Origin: Giardia intestinalis
Taxonomy: Eukaryota
Strand: one strand, 5' to 3'
NCBI GenBank assembly: GCA_000002435.2
Contig: CM018790.1
DNA: 64,000 bases
The notes under the pieces were generated by a model. That model was not told where the DNA came from. It worked only from the letters and a program-made list of their open reading frames with translations, and did no database searches. Made by a program: the position numbers and the translations under genes. Below, piece after piece: positions 21,356-34,711 of the stretch (the stretch's first letter is position 1; every line of letters starts with the position of its first letter).

Positions 21356-23347
21356 CCATCGGGCTCTCCGCTGGCCGCCCCTCGGTGTCCGTCCGGCTGT
21401 GTCCCGGGTCAGCGCTTCTACAGTCGCGGTCACGTAGGTCTCAGTGGGCCAGCTGGGGGGTGGGGCGGGGGTATGGGCGGTGAGGCTGGAGGGGACCGGG
21501 TGGGGGCTGAGGTGGGGTGTCCGTATGTGATCCTGGGTCCGGTGGGTCATTGCGGTGGTGGGTGATCCCCGCTCTGTTTGCTAAGGTGGTTGTGTCTGAT
21601 CACCAGCCTGCGTTGCACTCCCGAGACAGAGGCACCGACGATCGTGTCGTGTCCCCCGACTGAGCGCCTCCCTTAGCCCCTGCATGTCTCAGGCAGTACT
21701 GCTGCTCTGTCTGGCTGGTGCGTGAAGGGTGAGGCAGGCCATCGCAGCCCCTCCTGATGCTCTGCGCGGGTCTGCTGAGCCCCTGGCATGCCCTGTCCAG
21801 TGCCTCGACGGGGAGTTCGCCTCGGGCCAGCAGGGGTGTGGATGACCTTGTGAATGGGATGGGGTTCTCTCAGGCCTCTAGTGTGATGGCCCAGAAGACT
21901 GGCACGGTGGGGCACCAGTGACTGCACTGTCCCCGTGGTCAGCTGTGCTGCTCCTGGTGGGTCCTTGTCATGGAGCGCTGTGTGTTGTTCATAGGCAGAG
22001 GTGATCCCTCTTGGTCTCAAGATGCTCTACCAGCAGAGAGAAGCACGCTGAGGGTCACCCAACATCACCTGCTGTGTCCTCTTGGGAGTTCCCGATGTGA
22101 TCTATCAGGACCTTGACACCTCCTCGTGGCTCTGATGACCCCTCGGGGAGAGCCGGCATCCTATACTGAGGGGCGTACACCTTCCTGCATGAGCTGGGCC
22201 CCACTGCACTGCCCCCAAGGAGGTCTGCTATGAGAGGCAGTGGGATGATTGACAGCCCCTCAGAGTGCGGTGGAGGGTGCTCGTGGTCATCTCTGTGACC
22301 GGGCATCACTCATGATGGTCGGCTCTGTGCCTTATGGTGCTCAGAGACCACCTGTGCTCCATCGCCTGCTGGACAGCCGGGCCTCTTGTGGCGTCCGAAG
22401 GTCTCCTCACTCCTCTGGTCACTGCCCCCTCGGATCATCGGTGGAGGCCAGCGAGTCTTCGGAGTCTGGTGCCTGCCTGGGTGTCATGGGGGGCTGGCAG
22501 CTGTCAAGGCTCTGCCACTGCTCACCTGCCTGGAGTGTGCCTCCCTTGGGCCTGCTTTGCTGTGCTGCTTGAGTCCTCTGGCTTCTATCAGGCCCTGGTT
22601 GTGAGGGTGACCCCACCTGGCCTTCTGATGCCCCTGTGGATGAGCATAGCAATGTGTCTGGCTGGGGATCTCTAGTGCCCGTGTCTGTCACTGCCTCTCG
22701 GGTGCTCGGGTAGTTGCCTGGCGCTCTCGTATGGGCACACAGTCAGCGTATGTGGGTGGTCCTCCTGCACTCGTGTCCGTCTGTGTGCACTGTCACTCAG
22801 TCTCGAGAGCAGGCCAGTGCAGTCACCAGGGCTGCTGTCAGAGGGAGTCGTCTGCCACTACCATCGCTCGAGCAGCCCCTGCAGATCAGGCTGGTTGCTG
22901 TGCACCCTCATGGCAGGGCTGCTTGGCTCCCTTGGTCTCCTCTCTGTCCCGGTGTGCACGGCTCCTTCGGGTGGCTGACGGGGTAGTGGCCTCCGGTGAG
23001 TCTGCACTGGGAGGCACCGAGGAGGGAGGACAGCTAGGCTGGCACCACTCTCTGACTCCTGAGGGTTGCCTGGATGGAGGCACTCACGAGTCCACAGAGG
23101 GGTGAGTTATAGATACACAGCCCCCAGTCACCACAGCTGCGATCACCCCAGTCTATCGAGTGGCCAGGGGCACAGACAACACCGCTCCAATGGCCCACCA
23201 GTCCCCTCCAGCCTCACCGTCCCATACTCCCGCCCCACCCACCATCCGAACCCACTGAGACCCAGGTGACTGCGACCGTAGAGCGCTGACTCGAGTCACA
23301 GCCGGACGGACACCGAGGGGCCCAGCCAGGGGAGAGCCCCGACAGCA
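21356..23347. other. Central spacer of the palindrome (~2.0 kb, GC-rich): the outer ~200 bp on each side are a degenerate (~80% identity) palindrome and the core ~1.6 kb is unique and non-palindromic
   Basis: Direct comparison of 21356..21560 with the reverse complement of 23140..23347 shows substitutions and indels. The symmetry centre (22351/22352) is not self-complementary. Only short overlapping ORFs of the GC-rich type. Confidence 0.7.
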
Positions 23348-23711
23348 ATCACCGAGTCAGACGGGGCATCTAAAAAAGACGGCGATCCAAGCTTCACCCA
23401 CCGTGAAGGAAGACCAAGGAGAGACACCGCTGGTAGAGCAGAGAGTCCACGAGAAGGCCTGAACCCCGAAAGGACCGACGTGCATACTCAGCCTGAGCAC
23501 ACGCCTGCGAAACGGCAGAGGAGCGCACCAGGCTCTGGATGCATCACTGGAGAGGACTCTCCGTCATGTTATCCACAATCAGTTCTCGTCTTTGGACAGC
23601 CAGGACTTGAACGAGGATTTACTCGTGAAACTTCTGGACACACCAGCAAGTGAGCCTAGCAGCACATCTACATAAGCTACATAAAGTAACGCGTTTACTA
23701 CCTAAGTACAT

Positions 23712-24479
23712 CTACGCCTTGCCCCGGCAGAGGAACCACCAGCAGAGGAACCCAACGAGACCACCAACAACTATGACAGCAGCCACGGCGATGCCCGCAA
23801 TGGCGCCGGTAGAAAGGCCGCTCTTGTTGACGCTAGAAGGCACACATTGGTTGTCTCTTAAACTGAATCTGTCACTACATGTCTTACATTTTGCTACCGT
23901 TTCATCTCCAGCTGGAGCATCACACGTCGCGCAGTTCTCCACCCCCACGTATTGCTTATCTCCGGTGAGAGTCACCCCTGTCGTGTCCGAGCACGGGATA
24001 ACAGACTGCTCGGTAGCCTTGGCGTTTGGTGCAGCAAAGTAGCCTTCTCCCGCCTCTGTGCAGGCTCCGTTAGATGCGCGCTTACAAAGGCTCTGCCCCA
24101 CGCCTGTGCTGGCGTCGTAGCATCCGCCCTTGTATAGGAAGTAAGTGGCGTCTGTTCCGCACTGCTCACACACAGTGGAGTCCTGTCCAGGAGGGTCATT
24201 ATTGGCCAGCTTGCACCCTGCGGTCGCAATTGATGGGGTGCCCTGTGCGGTGCAGACTCCGTTTATGGGGACAAACCCTGCGTTGCACTGCTTGCACACG
24301 GTATCCGCGCCGACCTGCTCTTCCATCCCGTCCTTGCAGTTCCCTGCAGCATATGCATTATCACGATTGCCTGTATCTCTATTAGACCGAGATCCCGAGC
24401 GTAGATATTCAGAGTGGTGATTTGTTGTATGCCGGACAGCGAGCGTACTTAGCACAAGGTAGAAGGCTATGAGTAACAT
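23712..24479 (-). CDS. vsp: Variant-specific surface protein, second copy (identical protein), convergent with 20224..20991
   Basis: Identical 255-aa translation ending CRGKA. The 3' ends of the two copies face each other across 2720 bp. Confidence 0.92.
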   Translation of the reverse strand: MLLIAFYLVLSTLAVRHTTNHHSEYLRSGSRSNRDTGNRDNAYAAGNCKDGMEEQVGADTVCKQCNAGFVPINGVCTAQGTPSIATAGCKLANNDPPGQDSTVCEQCGTDATYFLYKGGCYDASTGVGQSLCKRASNGACTEAGEGYFAAPNAKATEQSVIPCSDTTGVTLTGDKQYVGVENCATCDAPAGDETVAKCKTCSDRFSLRDNQCVPSSVNKSGLSTGAIAGIAVAAVIVVGGLVGFLCWWFLCRGKA

Positions 24480-27400
24480 TGATATCCCTCTCGGCTTATT
24501 ACATAGATAAGAGTCCGATAGTTAGAGCTAAAAACGTCTATCTGACTGTGCTATGCAGGTAGTCCGAAGAGACCCTACTCCTACGATACCTCGGTCTAGG
24601 AAGGAGGAGCCCAGCGAATGCCAAACGCGTTCATTATATAAGCCCACCACCTCGTCCATCGCGGGCCCTCCAGGCCTGGCCAAGCGACATCCGAGGAGCC
24701 CCGCACTCCTTGCAAAGCACGCAAGGAAGTAGAAATTCTAAAAGCAAACAGCAGAACCGTCCCGTGCGCCGGGCATCCCCCTTCTCCGCGGCCAATCGGA
24801 GGACAGCCCGGGCGCCCCCACTGTGCCCATGCCCGCTACCGGCGCCTCTGCATTTCCGGAGAGCCAGACACCTGCACTTCCCTGCGCTGGTTAGAGCTCT
24901 ACGGGCCCATGTATGCCGGCACTCTCCTATCCGCTCCTAGTATTCCCACCCACCAGATCATGCCCGCGACCCTTTGCTGTCGCAGGGGAGCTACGCTCAA
25001 AGACAAACCTTTGCTGGATCCCGAGAGAAGATCCCAGCAGCCGCTAGAGTCTGTGGAAGGCGTAAGCCAGCATAAACTAGCTAACGAGGCGCACCGGCCT
25101 GCTAAGTGCACATGGCGCTAGTTTTGATCTTTTGGAGTAAATACTAATAAGCCACCCCAGTACACAACGAGGTGTCAGGTGAAGCGCAGAAGGCGCAGGC
25201 TAGACCTTCCAAGCCTGGGCAGAGAGGAAACGCTATCCAAACCGCTGCTTTCTGGGCCAGTCAACTCTCTCCCACCCAAGGTTATCCTGATGCCATCCGC
25301 TGCAAGCAATAGTGGAGTACGATTGCCCGCAGCACCCCGAACCTGTGGGTGTGGAGTGTCAAAGGGCTCTCTGTCGTGGGCTACTTGAATAGAAAGAATG
25401 GGGGTCTGATGCGTCCATGCCGCTTTCTCAGCCATTAAGTAGATCTATGACCCAGCGCCCCTTGTGGCCTCGTACGGGTACCAGGGTAGTTGGGCGCCCA
25501 TCCACTGATAAGGGTGTCGAGCAACATTTAATTGCTACCTTCGGGCCAATCTGTGTCTGGTCATGGGTAGATATGCCGATCGGTGTAAGTGTCCTACCCT
25601 TAATTTATGCATCATGTCACCTGGTAGAGGGTATGGTATAGCTCTATACACCTCTCCGTGATGCTGCTGCGAGAAGTGGGCCCCTATTGTGTGGCTCAGA
25701 AGCCGGATAGTCTCCGAAGACACCATATCCTTGTGATCTCCAGTATGGCCCCGCTAGAAGGGCTCGATGTTCGCAGGCCAGTATAGGAAGCGAAGGTCCA
25801 ACAGAATACACCTTGAGGGGAGTGCCACAAACATGCATCGGGCACGATCCTGCTAAGAATCCTGCAGGAGGCCGGCCTGGGCCTCAGTGGCTGGAGAATC
25901 TTCAATAGGAAAGCGGCTGCTGTGATCATCCATTCATCGGTGTAGAGGATGTCCACTGCTACGGGCTGGATGATTTTTGTTCGCCTGTAGGGATCGTTCG
26001 GCGTGCAAGGTAGGCCATCGATGAGAGTGGTCCATTCACGTGGACTGAGTGGGGGGGGGCTCTATAGTCGACCGGTTATTCTAAGAAAGTCTGCACCAGT
26101 GGGGCTGCAATTACGGCCTGCATTCGACAGGTAAGGGTTCCATGGATTGGACCCTGTGGGTCCGCTGTGGTGAGCTCCAGGTATGTGGCTACCTCAGCGC
26201 AATCTCCAAGAGGGTAGCCCTGCCTGGCTAAGACTCGTAGGCACGAACATAGTACAGCACCCTTCTGAGTCTCTGGAGTCAAGTATACCTCAGACAACGA
26301 GAACAGATGGAGACCCAAAGGCGCTAGCCTAGGCTGCTCCGATCTCTGCTATCCGAGGAATCAGTAGGGCCACAGGATGGCAGAGGTCCCGCTTCATGCC
26401 CCAGGAGGCCGTGCCTTGGTGGAGATACGCGTCACGGTCCCTGCTACCGCCCCTTGGTGGGATGCTGCCTGGTCTGAAGGCCTGCTGGTCGACAGAATGG
26501 GTTGTGCTGAGAAGCAGCATAGTACCATACAGACGATGAGCTGAGAAGACCAATGCTGATTGTGCATCTCCCACAGTGAGTACGCCCACAGTGCGCTGCA
26601 AAGGGTCAACGCCCTGGGTGGCCAAGTGAAGCTAAGGTGCTTGGCAGTAGCGATATTCCAGACGGTAAAAGAGCCTGGTGGGGCTTGTGAGGAGATACTG
26701 GGGGCACAAGGTCTGCCGGGCTTATATGAGACGCACAGAGGATCCCCACGCAGTAAACCGATTGACCCTTTTCTTGATAGACAAGACTCTTGCCTGTAGT
26801 GGCCGTCTGCATGACACATTCCTTTGTGGGACTGACGGAAGCACCCACTGACCCAGAAAAGCCATCAGCAGTAGTTGCACGAGATGGACAAGCAGGGGAC
26901 AGGAGTGGACCACACTATCCTGGCTGATGATCAATCAGACTACGTAATGCGTATACAACCCTTGACCGAAATGGAGATGCACCGTAGACTTAGCCACGTG
27001 GGCTGAGAGCGCTGCTAGTAATCATCTGCCATGAGAAGACGCAGGCGAGACATTTGTGGACAGCAACCACGTCGACTGGTACCAGCCTGCACAGTGTATC
27101 CTTATAACCGATCTTCGTCCGTATACGAGGAGGAAGCGAACGTCCTCGGCCTCAGGCAAAGCAGACCCCTATAAACACTATGCTGCTACAAATGCATAAA
27201 ATCAGAAAGCAGCGTCTAGCTTGTCCGCGGGCCTCACGACCTTTCTACACCCGAAGGGAAGAAAGACACTACAGGCGTCCCTATTGCAATCCAGGTCGGT
27301 GGCTGGCCTCTCTGGTGTCAGCCTTGCCCAACTGGTCCGCTAGTCACCTCTACCTTCTCTGTATGAACCAGTTCTCCAGGAATCGTCATGCACGGGCAGC

Positions 27401-30400
27401 CTTCTACGCACCTGGCTGACATCCTCCTTTGCTAAGGTGTGTCATCAAGGGGTAAGTGTTATAAGATGAGCGCAGCCAAAGACAGATCTCCTCGCAGTCC
27501 TGTTCAACATTAGCAGCGACCATGCAAACGAACATAAGATAGGCGAGGAGCGTGCCGCAGTCCAAACCGGTCACCACACTAGGATCATAACAGTTTGTGC
27601 ACAAGGTTCTGCTTCTGGCTTTATATGTGGGTTTACGTCTCATCTTGAAAGGCAGCTTTCCATAGCGCCTTTCCGAGTGTGCAGTTGTCATTACAACCGG
27701 TGGATGGGCAGGCACAGAGATTGTAGGCCTACATAAAGGCACCTCTGGTGCAACCAAGTGCTGTCTCCCATCAATGGCAGACGCCTCGGCACACGGTGTC
27801 CGCTCTACTATCAGACCTTATGCGGCGTGTACGCATCGTCAGAGGGAGCCGATATGGGGCATGTTCAATCTGTTGGGCCGACACAGCTCCATTGTAGCAA
27901 GTGCAGTGGTGGAGGCAGTCACTGGCGCAAGACAGTGGGGCGTGTGGCTCAGTACAGCGATCCGTATTTAGACACATCGGTCCTCTGAGACGAGCATAAC
28001 ACGCTGTCCACACATGCAATTGCCTTTTCATACTGCTTACTCCCATGAGCAGTTGCGATACATCGTATGCCAGAAAACGGCGTAAAGGGTCCCCAGACTA
28101 TTGGACCAGTAGACCGGACTGACGAGGGCAGCTGGCCATGCGTGCAGAAGCTCTGTCCTGGGGGCGGCGGGTGCAACGGCTGCCTCAAGTTTTTTAGCCG
28201 GGGTGGGGCTGTCGCCTGCTATCTGAGTAATCTTCCCATGCGAGCCACCGCCACCCTGGGCAAGCGAGTCTCTCTCGCCCCTGTACCAGCCGAGATCCAA
28301 ATCCAGAGTTCGAGAGGCGGATGCCCTTGATCCCGGCGGAAGAACTCCTATTCCCGCTTCCCCTGGAAGCTGCCGCTCCTCGCGGTGCCCTCTAGGACTT
28401 CCCTTCCTCTGACCCATCGGAGTCAACTATCGTCTGGCACCTGGGTGGACACCCGCTATATCAGGGCCTGCCGTCGGTCACAGGATCTGGCCTTGGAAGC
28501 TTGACTCTGGCCATGTACTCCGGAGTAGCTTTGTGGCGCTGATGCTCTACGACGAAGATGGGATACGCCACGACCCCGGGTGTCTACCCCGTTCCTCGGG
28601 GTGCCTCTTCGTCTCCTCGTGGATTGTATCATCGGTCCCGAGTATGACCGGGAGAGCGCGCCCCCCGTACGCCTCTGTCTTGGAGTCAGAGTACGCGTTC
28701 ATGGATGCCGATGGAGTAATCCCATGCGGTGGTGTCGGGGAAGAGGCCCATCCCTCTGCCCATGGATCGCAGTGCGCTCTTGCAGGTGGTCCATCACCTA
28801 GCACGAGATCATGTCGACGCTCACCCTGTGCAGTGCGTCTGGCTCAGCTGACGATGCGGACTACGTCCGTCTTCACACCGCACAGCACACCTGGGGTGAT
28901 GCTTCGGTCTGTCGAGGCGTCGGTCCAGGGCCACCTCTCTAAGAGGCGTCGTCTGAGACACCGGGAGCGGTCAGGACTGGTTCACCCTCAGGCCGTCTCG
29001 CTTGGCGCCCATCTACTCGAGGATGTCAGACACTGCCAGCTACTGCGGCAGACGCCCGGCAGGTGGTCCAAGCCGCTACCACTCTTCGGTGCGGTCGGGA
29101 TCAGTCCGCCTCTGTCAGCCAAGCACCCCAAGGGCCGACTTGCCTGTCGAGGGATTCACATAGGTCACGTGTGGGTCCATCTCGACAAGCGTGGCAAATG
29201 ATCGGCGCATCATCACTAGCTTCGGCTCTTCGTTGTCTTGGAAGCTCCTTCGAGACTAGTTAGAAAGGAGGCCTCCTGCCCCTCAGTGCTCCCACACCCA
29301 GTGTTGACCGTCGAGCTATAGCGTTTCGCCAGGCTTGTCGTCACTATGGAAGCTGAATGTGTCGTCGGCATGGGTACTGAGCGGGGCCTCTCCTTCAGCT
29401 CCTGGCGAGCAGGTTCTGTCTCCCGCAGCACAGAAGCATGCGCAGGGCCCTGAGGGACCGAGTCCAGATACCTCGTGTGTCGCAGCCGGAGGAAGGCCCC
29501 GACGCAGCTCCTCGGGACGGGGCACACTCGCCTGGCAGAGGCCGTCTACTGTTGGAGTTCATTATGTCGAGCAAGACCGCTGTACCCATCAGCCTGCGTC
29601 TCCCTGCGCCATGCAAACGCCACCCATGTACATCCAGTGGAACGCAATCTGCTAGGTCTCGAGGAAGGCCAGGGTCTGGTCTCCAGGCGGCTCGGGGCTG
29701 CCTTGTGGAGCGTATCATGATCGTCCCCTGATCGTGGTTGTCCTGTCTCGTTCTTGGGAAGAGGGCAGAACAAAAGTTCTTTTTCTCCCACCAGAGTCGC
29801 TTGACACCTGAGTTCGAACTCTAGGTTTTGATCTTGGTTGATGCAGGGATGAGGGAGACCCGCTTGCCCAGGGCGGCGGTGGCTCGCATAAGGAGTTCGA
29901 TGTTCTGAACAGTGATGAGGGAGCCGGGCAAGCAAGCGCCTCTCGACTGGCTTGTGTGTCTGCAGCTACACGTGCATGGGCAGTGAGCGGTGCACAAGCC
30001 CACGATGCTGCGGTTCTACGAATGCCTAGCCATGGCGAGTGCCGTCTGGGGATAAGGGGTCATGTGTACCGGTACAAACTATTCGGTGTTTCTCTGCACA
30101 CCAGCCTCATAACAATACTCTACTGGGAGTGACTCCGAAGCCAAGTAGGAGAAGAGGCTCTTCTGGGTCTTAATGGCCACAGGCCCCACTACACACCTGG
30201 CGGTGCCATGCAGAGACCGGATAGCCTTAGAATATTGTATAGAAGTCAGCAGGCACATGGCTTCGTCCGGTTAGCACGCGCTCTGTGCCGATGCGACTAA
30301 CGTACACTCATCGAAGCATTATCGCGTTTGCCCGGACGTCTTACCGGATACCCAAGAGCTCTCACTTCCTTTTAGCAGGAGATAAAGCGACTGCAGAGCA

Positions 30401-30977
30401 GACAGCAGGGCACCTAGGCCGTGTTGACAAACATGAAGTACAAAACAGCGAGAACTCCCGTCATGGTAGCATTAGAAGCTGCATTAGAGAGGGCGACAAG
30501 TATAAGCACGATTGTACTGGAAAGCACGGCACGCATAACAAGACGTGGATCTTGGCACACAAGAGCGTGGACTTCAAGACCGAGCTAGTGAGGGGCTTCT
30601 GCAGAGTCCCGGGCCTCAACAGGTCCTCGAGTGACACAGTGGCTGCGATCACTGCCGACCCTTTTGACCCGCTAGGGGCTAGTTTATCCGTCCTATGATT
30701 CGTGATATGACTTAGAGGGTCCAATGGGAAGACTCCGGCTAGGTTCAAGCGACCCGGGAGGCAGACGACCTCCATAAACCGCGCCAGCCTAGTGTCCACC
30801 CCAACCCCACCACTATCTATGCAGGCAGTAGTAGCTAGCAATGCATAGCAGCTACACGAAGCTGGTGCTCAGGTTGTAAACTGAAACCCAAGGATCTCCC
30901 CCTGGGAGAGGCGGCCCGCGTGCCAGGGGTTGCCTCGCACCTTGGCACGGTTGATACGAGCCCACCGGGGAAGTAAA

Positions 30978-31598
30978 ATGGACGTAGTTCCGCCGAGACT
31001 CACGTACTACGACGCCCGGGGCACCGCATTGAAGTGCCGGCTCCTGCTCGCAGACCTGGAGATACGGTACGAGTGGGCGCCCTTGGCGAGCGCTGAGCAG
31101 GTGGCCGCGGCGAAGGTAGGTGCACCATCGTGCACGCTCCCCGTGTGGGAAGACAGCGCAGCGCGGGTGGCCGGGGGCATGGTCATTCTAGAGTACCTGG
31201 GGGCGAGCCTGGGGCGGTACAGCACGTCATTGCAGGTGCAGGCTGCTGCGCGGGCCCTGGTGCTCTTCTGTGAGGATCTTCTTGCCGCCGTCTGGAAGGA
31301 GCCCGAAGCCGTGGCAGAGGCCCTTGCCGCTGGGGCAGAGATGACGCGCTCGGAGTGCATCGCGGCCTACCGACAGAACAGGATCCTTCCGGGATTGACC
31401 GTTCTGACCCGGGACGTGCTGAGCCTCCGGAGCCTGGCTCCCGAGCCGCTCTATTCGGACTACGCGGTCCTGGAGGTCCTGTATTATGCGGACGCAGAGT
31501 ATCCGGAGCTCGTGGACCAGTTTCCACCGCTGCGCGAGCTATCTGATGGCTACCGTGCGCGCCCAGGGATCAAGAAGCTCCTCGCCTCGCTGGTCTAG
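30978..31598 (+). CDS. Glutathione S-transferase-like protein, second copy (identical protein)
   Basis: Mirror of 13105..13725. A single A/G difference (13063/31640) lies 42-45 nt beyond the stop in the 3' flank. Confidence 0.6.
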   Translation: MDVVPPRLTYYDARGTALKCRLLLADLEIRYEWAPLASAEQVAAAKVGAPSCTLPVWEDSAARVAGGMVILEYLGASLGRYSTSLQVQAAARALVLFCEDLLAAVWKEPEAVAEALAAGAEMTRSECIAAYRQNRILPGLTVLTRDVLSLRSLAPEPLYSDYAVLEVLYYADAEYPELVDQFPPLRELSDGYRARPGIKKLLASLV

Positions 31599-33757
31599 AG
31601 GCCGCGTGGCCGGCACGGGACAGGGCCATTTTCAAAAAGCCCCAACGTGTTTCACTCCAACCAGCTGCCCGTGGCTCCCTGGGACACCTCTTCCCGGGTC
31701 AGCGCTTCTGCATACAGGGTGAAGAGGGGCCTGCAGTGGCGGCCGCGTAGCTAGCTGGGTTCGCTCCATCCGGCGAGCGCACGGACACTGCAGGAGAAGG
31801 CGCCGTGCAGAGCATGCGCAGCCACGCTCTGAAGCAGGGGGTTGGAGGATACAGCCACCAGCGGCTTCGACCAGCCTGTATCCACGAGAAGTTGTGGCCA
31901 CTCCGTGCCGGGCCTCCAGTGCTCCATGCAGAGGGAGCACTATATATGCTTATTTGGCAGCGTCAGGAGACTCTGCCCCGTGACTACTTATTTCGGGACT
32001 TCTGTGTAAGGCTGCTGAGCAGATGTTAGACGATGCGTTTACCACTTAAATAGATGATTATGTTTATACTTTCCTACAGTAAAAGAACCTCTGACAGAAA
32101 GGTTGACAATAAGGATGACAGTGATGGAATCCTTGGCAACGAGGCTATCCTTGTTACTATTGCTGATTTTGAATACGCACTTCTTTCCTTTTAAATAACA
32201 TTCTCTGGTATATCCTTCACATTTCTTAATTATCCCATAGTGCTTATAGCCTTTTATGGGGTGTATTATAGATTCGCTATCATTTCTCCTGGATTTCTTA
32301 TTATCTCTGTTGATAATAGATTAATGAACTTCGTGCTAGAGCCTTTACTATCATCGAAACAGCATATTATGAGCGTCTCTTTATTCCTACAAATTTCATT
32401 GTTACCTCCCTAAATGTGATTTATCTATTGGCATACCAAGCTTATCCTAGCGTTTGCTCATTCAATTCTTAAATCAGTAGACACCAGTAAGTCTCGTGCA
32501 TGCATTTTATCGGAATCCAATCAGTATGATCATCCAGTATGCTAGGTAAGTCAAATGTAAATAGCTGCATTTACCTGCACACCAGCAATCAGGCCACTTT
32601 TCGTTTCCTGCTGCCACCCTCTATGCTTGGACCTGTAATACAAATGCGTCCTTCCATCAGCCCACGCCATCAAGAACCAGTCCATTCGGAGCAATCAGTT
32701 GTATCCACCTACATGAGTATGTTGATGTAATAGCTATACACGACCTAGGCGTACTCACAGGCCTACTAGATGCACAACGCCCTGAACTAGTCCACTCTTT
32801 GCGTCCTGCCGTAGCCCTCGATCGGGTGGCCTTGCGCAGTCGTCTCACGAAGAGGTACCACGCAGCGATAGGGGCAGCGAGCACTAGCCGGGCTGTGCAG
32901 CGTTCGCCTCTAAGCTGTGCAGCATGTGCTCATGTAGAGAGCTTGTCCGGCGGGCCCTGCCGTGGCCTGCTCCAATGGGGGCTGGTCTCAGTGGCTGGCC
33001 GCAGCGCGCAGGAGCCACAGCCAGGGCAGGGCAACTGGGTCTCTGCACGTGCTACAAAGCCGTGTGCACTGCATCGCAACAGGGACGGACACTCCGCGGC
33101 CGTGGGCCCGCCAGAGGGTCGGTGGACCTGCACGAGACGTCGCGTTCTCGCGCAAGGCCTGCCTCGGAAAGCCCCGGCCGGCGCGGAACAGCTGCGTGCA
33201 TCCGTGCAGCCAGCGCAGCCCGGAATCTCGCCGGACAAAAGAAAAAATGCGCGTCTGTGCCTCGAATCGACGCGCCGGTCGGTGTGTGCAGCCAGTGTCG
33301 GCCTCGGTGGACGTGTCTCTGTGGTTGCTAGATGTCTGGCCCTGGTACGCAGCCAGTGGGGTGGATCTGGACTGGAGCAGGCGGCTGCCAAGGGCATCGA
33401 CTGTGTGGGACAGGGCCGGGGGTGGCTTCCGCAGCGGCATCGCTGGTTTGGCTGGGCCGCTGACCCGGCAACTGTCGCCGTACGTGGCCAGCGGAGCCGC
33501 CATGCCCCCGTAAGCGGGGAGCCCCTTCCTCGGCCAGAATCGGCTCTAGAATGGCTCCCAGCCTAGGCGTTCGTCCATTCAGAACCCCTCCGTGCGAGGC
33601 CTCGATGGTACTGTAGGATGTTTTCGTACAGTCTCTACGGCTGTTCTGTTCGAGCTCGAAAAGAAAATCGGGAGAGCGCTTCCACCCACGCGCCTCTTTT
33701 GCCCTTCTGGCTGTAGACCGTGATTCCTCCTCTGGTGCGAGGCGGTGCAGCAGGGGC

Positions 33758-34711
33758 TCAGGGCTGCCTGGTCGGCCTTCCGAGCGGACCGTCACCCGTG
33801 CCCACGGGCCATCCGCCAGTATGTCCTGGCGATTGTATCAGAACAGGGACGTATGTCAGCGGCACCCCGAAGCCGAAGGGGTAGGGCGTCGGCTGTAGAC
33901 TGAGCACCCCCGACGCCTGGAGATAAGGGACGGCACCAGGGGCCGGATAGACACCCGGGATCGGATAAACATTCGGAGCAGCGCTAGGAGTGGGCGCGAA
34001 GGGCGGAACCAAGGAAAGGCTGGATGGTAGGTTCCTTGGCTCGACAATGCTGCAAGCAACAGACTCTGGTGGCGCAGATAGCGAGTTCTCAGGTACAGAC
34101 GTCCCTGTTTCGTCTTCGTCCTGAGGAGAAGATGGGGTTTCATCATTGTAACCAGGTAGGCGAAATACGGGTGGTTTAAACACCTCCTCGTTAGGGAGGC
34201 ACTGCTCTGCGCTAGATGGGTGATGGATGGCCGCACATGATCTGCTGCGTCTCGAGGAATGCTGAATACCGCACTTCTTGAAGAGGGTTTTGATACTACG
34301 GCTGTTGATTATATTGTTATAAGTCATCCGCAATTCTTGGCGTGGATACTTTTTCCCAAATTTCTCGCGAACCTTTCCATAGATGTCTTCTCTCACAATC
34401 CTTCTGCTTTCAATCCCATCTATGATAATTCCACGGATAATCTGACGATCTTCTTCTGTCATCTTTATGTTCAGAATGTTTCTTAGATGCGTTTCACGGT
34501 ACCAGTGGTAGATCCTGTTGCGATTTTGGTTGATCTCCGTGGCAATTTTGCGCCAGTTTACAGACGTTTTTATAACGTAAGTATAAAGTCTGTAAGGATT
34601 TGCAACAAGATCATTTGCAGTCTCTTGGATCTTTCGTACCCTGATAACTTCTTCAGCTAGCTTACGAAGGACCTCAATTTGGTCAGCGGGTGATAGACAG
34701 CAGCCAACCAT
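33758..34711 (-). CDS. Myb/SANT-like DNA-binding protein, second copy
   Basis: Mirror of 9992..10945; identical translation. Confidence 0.5.
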   Translation of the reverse strand: MVGCCLSPADQIEVLRKLAEEVIRVRKIQETANDLVANPYRLYTYVIKTSVNWRKIATEINQNRNRIYHWYRETHLRNILNIKMTEEDRQIIRGIIIDGIESRRIVREDIYGKVREKFGKKYPRQELRMTYNNIINSRSIKTLFKKCGIQHSSRRSRSCAAIHHPSSAEQCLPNEEVFKPPVFRLPGYNDETPSSPQDEDETGTSVPENSLSAPPESVACSIVEPRNLPSSLSLVPPFAPTPSAAPNVYPIPGVYPAPGAVPYLQASGVLSLQPTPYPFGFGVPLTYVPVLIQSPGHTGGWPVGTGDGPLGRPTRQP

